Source: Macrostomum lignano (Eukaryota). Taken from it: 64,000 nucleotides of DNA. Location of the stretch: NCBI GenBank assembly GCA_002269645.1, contig NIVC01000781.1:1-64000 (forward strand), read 5' to 3'. Position 1 is the stretch's first letter. Each line of letters begins with the position of its first letter. Both the position numbers and the translations under genes were made by a program. A model generated the notes under the pieces. That model worked only from the letters and a program-made list of their open reading frames with translations, was not told where the DNA came from and did not search any database. Shown here piece after piece: positions 62,001 through 64,000 of the stretch.

Positions 62001-64000
62001 ATCCACTCCCCTATCTACCCTCTGAGTGTCTACCTTCTCATCCACTCCCCTATCTATCTGAGTGTCTACCTTCTCATCCACTCCCCTATCTATCTGAGTG
62101 TCTACCCTCTCATCCACTCCCCTATCTACCCTCTGAGTGTCTACCTTCTCATCCACTCCCCTATCTATCTCAGTGTCTACCTTCTCATCCACTCCCCTAT
62201 CTATCTCCTTTTCTACCCTCTCATTCACTCCCCTGTCTATCTCAGTGTCTACCTTCTCATCCACTCCCCTGTCTATCTCAGTGTCTACCTTCTCATCCAC
62301 TCCCCTGTCTATCTCAGTGTCTACCTTCTCATCCACTCCCCTGTCTATCTCAGTGTCTACCTTCTCATCCACTCCCCTATCTACCCGTTAAGTGTCTACC
62401 TTATCATCCACTCCCCTATCTATCTCAGTTTCTACCTTCTCATCCACTCCCCTGTCTATCTCAGTGTCTACCTTCTCATCCACTCCCCTGTCTATCTCAG
62501 TGTCTACCTTCTCATCCACTCCCCTATCTACCCGTTAAGTGTCTACCTTATCATCCACTCCCCTATCTATCTCCGTTTCTACCTTCTCATCCACTCCCCT
62601 GTCTATCTCAGTGTCTACCTTCTCACCCACTCCCCTATCTACCCGTTAAGTGTCTACCTTATCATCCACTCCCCTATCTACCCTCTGAGTGTCTACCCTC
62701 TCATCCACTCCCCTATCTACCCTCTGAGTGTCTACCTTATCATCCACTCCCCTATCTACCCTCTGAGTGTCTACCTTCTCATCCACTCCCCTATCTACCC
62801 TCTGAGTGTCTACCTTCTCATCCACTCCCCTATCTATCTGAGTGTCTACCCTCTCATCCACTCCCCTATCTATCTGAGTGTCTACCTTCTCATCCACTCC
62901 CCTATCTATCTGAGTGTCTACTCTCTCATCCACTCCCCTATCTACCCTCTGAGTGTCTACCTTCTCATCCACTCCCCTATCTATCTCCTTTTCTACCCTC
63001 TCATCCACTCCCCTATCTACCCTCTCAGTGTCTACCTTCTCATCCACTCCCCTATCTATCTCAGTGTCTACCTTCTCACCCACTCCCCTATCTACCCTCT
63101 GAGTGTCTACCCTCTCATCCACTCCCCTATCTATCTCCTTTTCTACCCTCTCATCCACTCCCCTATCTACCCTCTCAGTGTCTACCTTCTCATCCACTCC
63201 CCTATCTATCTCAGTGTCTACCTTCTCACCCACTCCCCTATCTACCCTCTGAGTGTCTACCCTCTCATCCACTCCCCTATCTATCTGAGTGTCTACCCTC
63301 TCATCCACTCCCCTATCTATCTCAGTGTCTACCTTCTCATCCACTCCCCTATCTATCTGAGTGTCTACCTTCTCATCCACTCCCCTATCTACCCTCTGAG
63401 TGTCTACCCTCTCATCCACTCCCCTATCTATCTCCTTTTCTACCCTCTCATCCACTCCACTATCTACCCTCTCAGTGTCTACCTTCTCATCCACTCCCCT
63501 ATCTATCTGAGTGTCTACCTTCTCATCCACTCCCCTATCTATCTCCTTTTCTACCTTCTCACCCACTCCCCTATCTATCTGAGTGTCTACCTTCTCATCC
63601 ACTCCCCTATCTATCTCAGTGTCTACCTTCTCATCCACTCCCCTATCTATCTGAGTGTCTACCTTCTCACCCACTCCCCTATCTATATCCTTTTCTACCT
63701 TCTCATCCACTCCCCTATCTATCTCAGTGTCTACCTTCTCATCCACTCCCCTATCTATCTCAGTGTCTACCCTCTTACCCACTCCCCTATCTACCCTCTG
63801 AGTGTCTACCTTCTCATCCACTCCCCTATCTATCTGAGTGTCTACCTTCTCACCCACTCCCCTATCTATCTCCTTTTCTACCTTCTCATCCACTCCCCTA
63901 TCTACCCTCTGAGTGTCTACCCTCTCATCCACTCCCCTATCTACCCTCTCAGTGTCTACCTTCTCATCCACTCCCCTATCTATCTGAGTGTCTACCTTCT
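56095..64000 (+). repeat. About 36-bp satellite (CAGTGTCTACCTTCTCATCCACTCCCCTGTCTATCT)n, about 7.9 kb, running off the window end
   Basis: Read directly; 35-37-bp variant units. Confidence 0.97.

Overview
Eukaryotic, intron-containing animal DNA. GC-rich Ala/Gln-rich exons, a different minisatellite in almost every intron and TTAGGG-type repeats suggest a free-living flatworm such as Macrostomum; the species is inferred, not shown. I reconstructed seven spliced genes by hand: a frameshifted DEG/ENaC channel (+), a universal stress protein (+), a C2H2 zinc-finger protein (+), a glucokinase-regulatory-protein-like SIS protein (+), a compact telomerase reverse transcriptase (TERT, +, about 745 aa, apparently without a TEN domain), a Mab-21/cGAS-like nucleotidyltransferase-fold protein (-) and Pumilio (+). 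Also present: a U4 snRNA gene with a variant Sm site, two tRNA-derived SINE families (one with clear target-site duplications), hAT-like MITE fragments, a head-to-tail pair of non-autonomous Helitron-like elements, interstitial telomeric repeats and many tandem arrays. Most long ORFs in the track are repeat artefacts. The best candidates for something new are the tight ZnF-GCKR-TERT cluster, in which GCKR (and possibly TERT) may get its start codon from a spliced leader, and a sense SINE carrying AATAAA in the TERT intron just before catalytic motif C.
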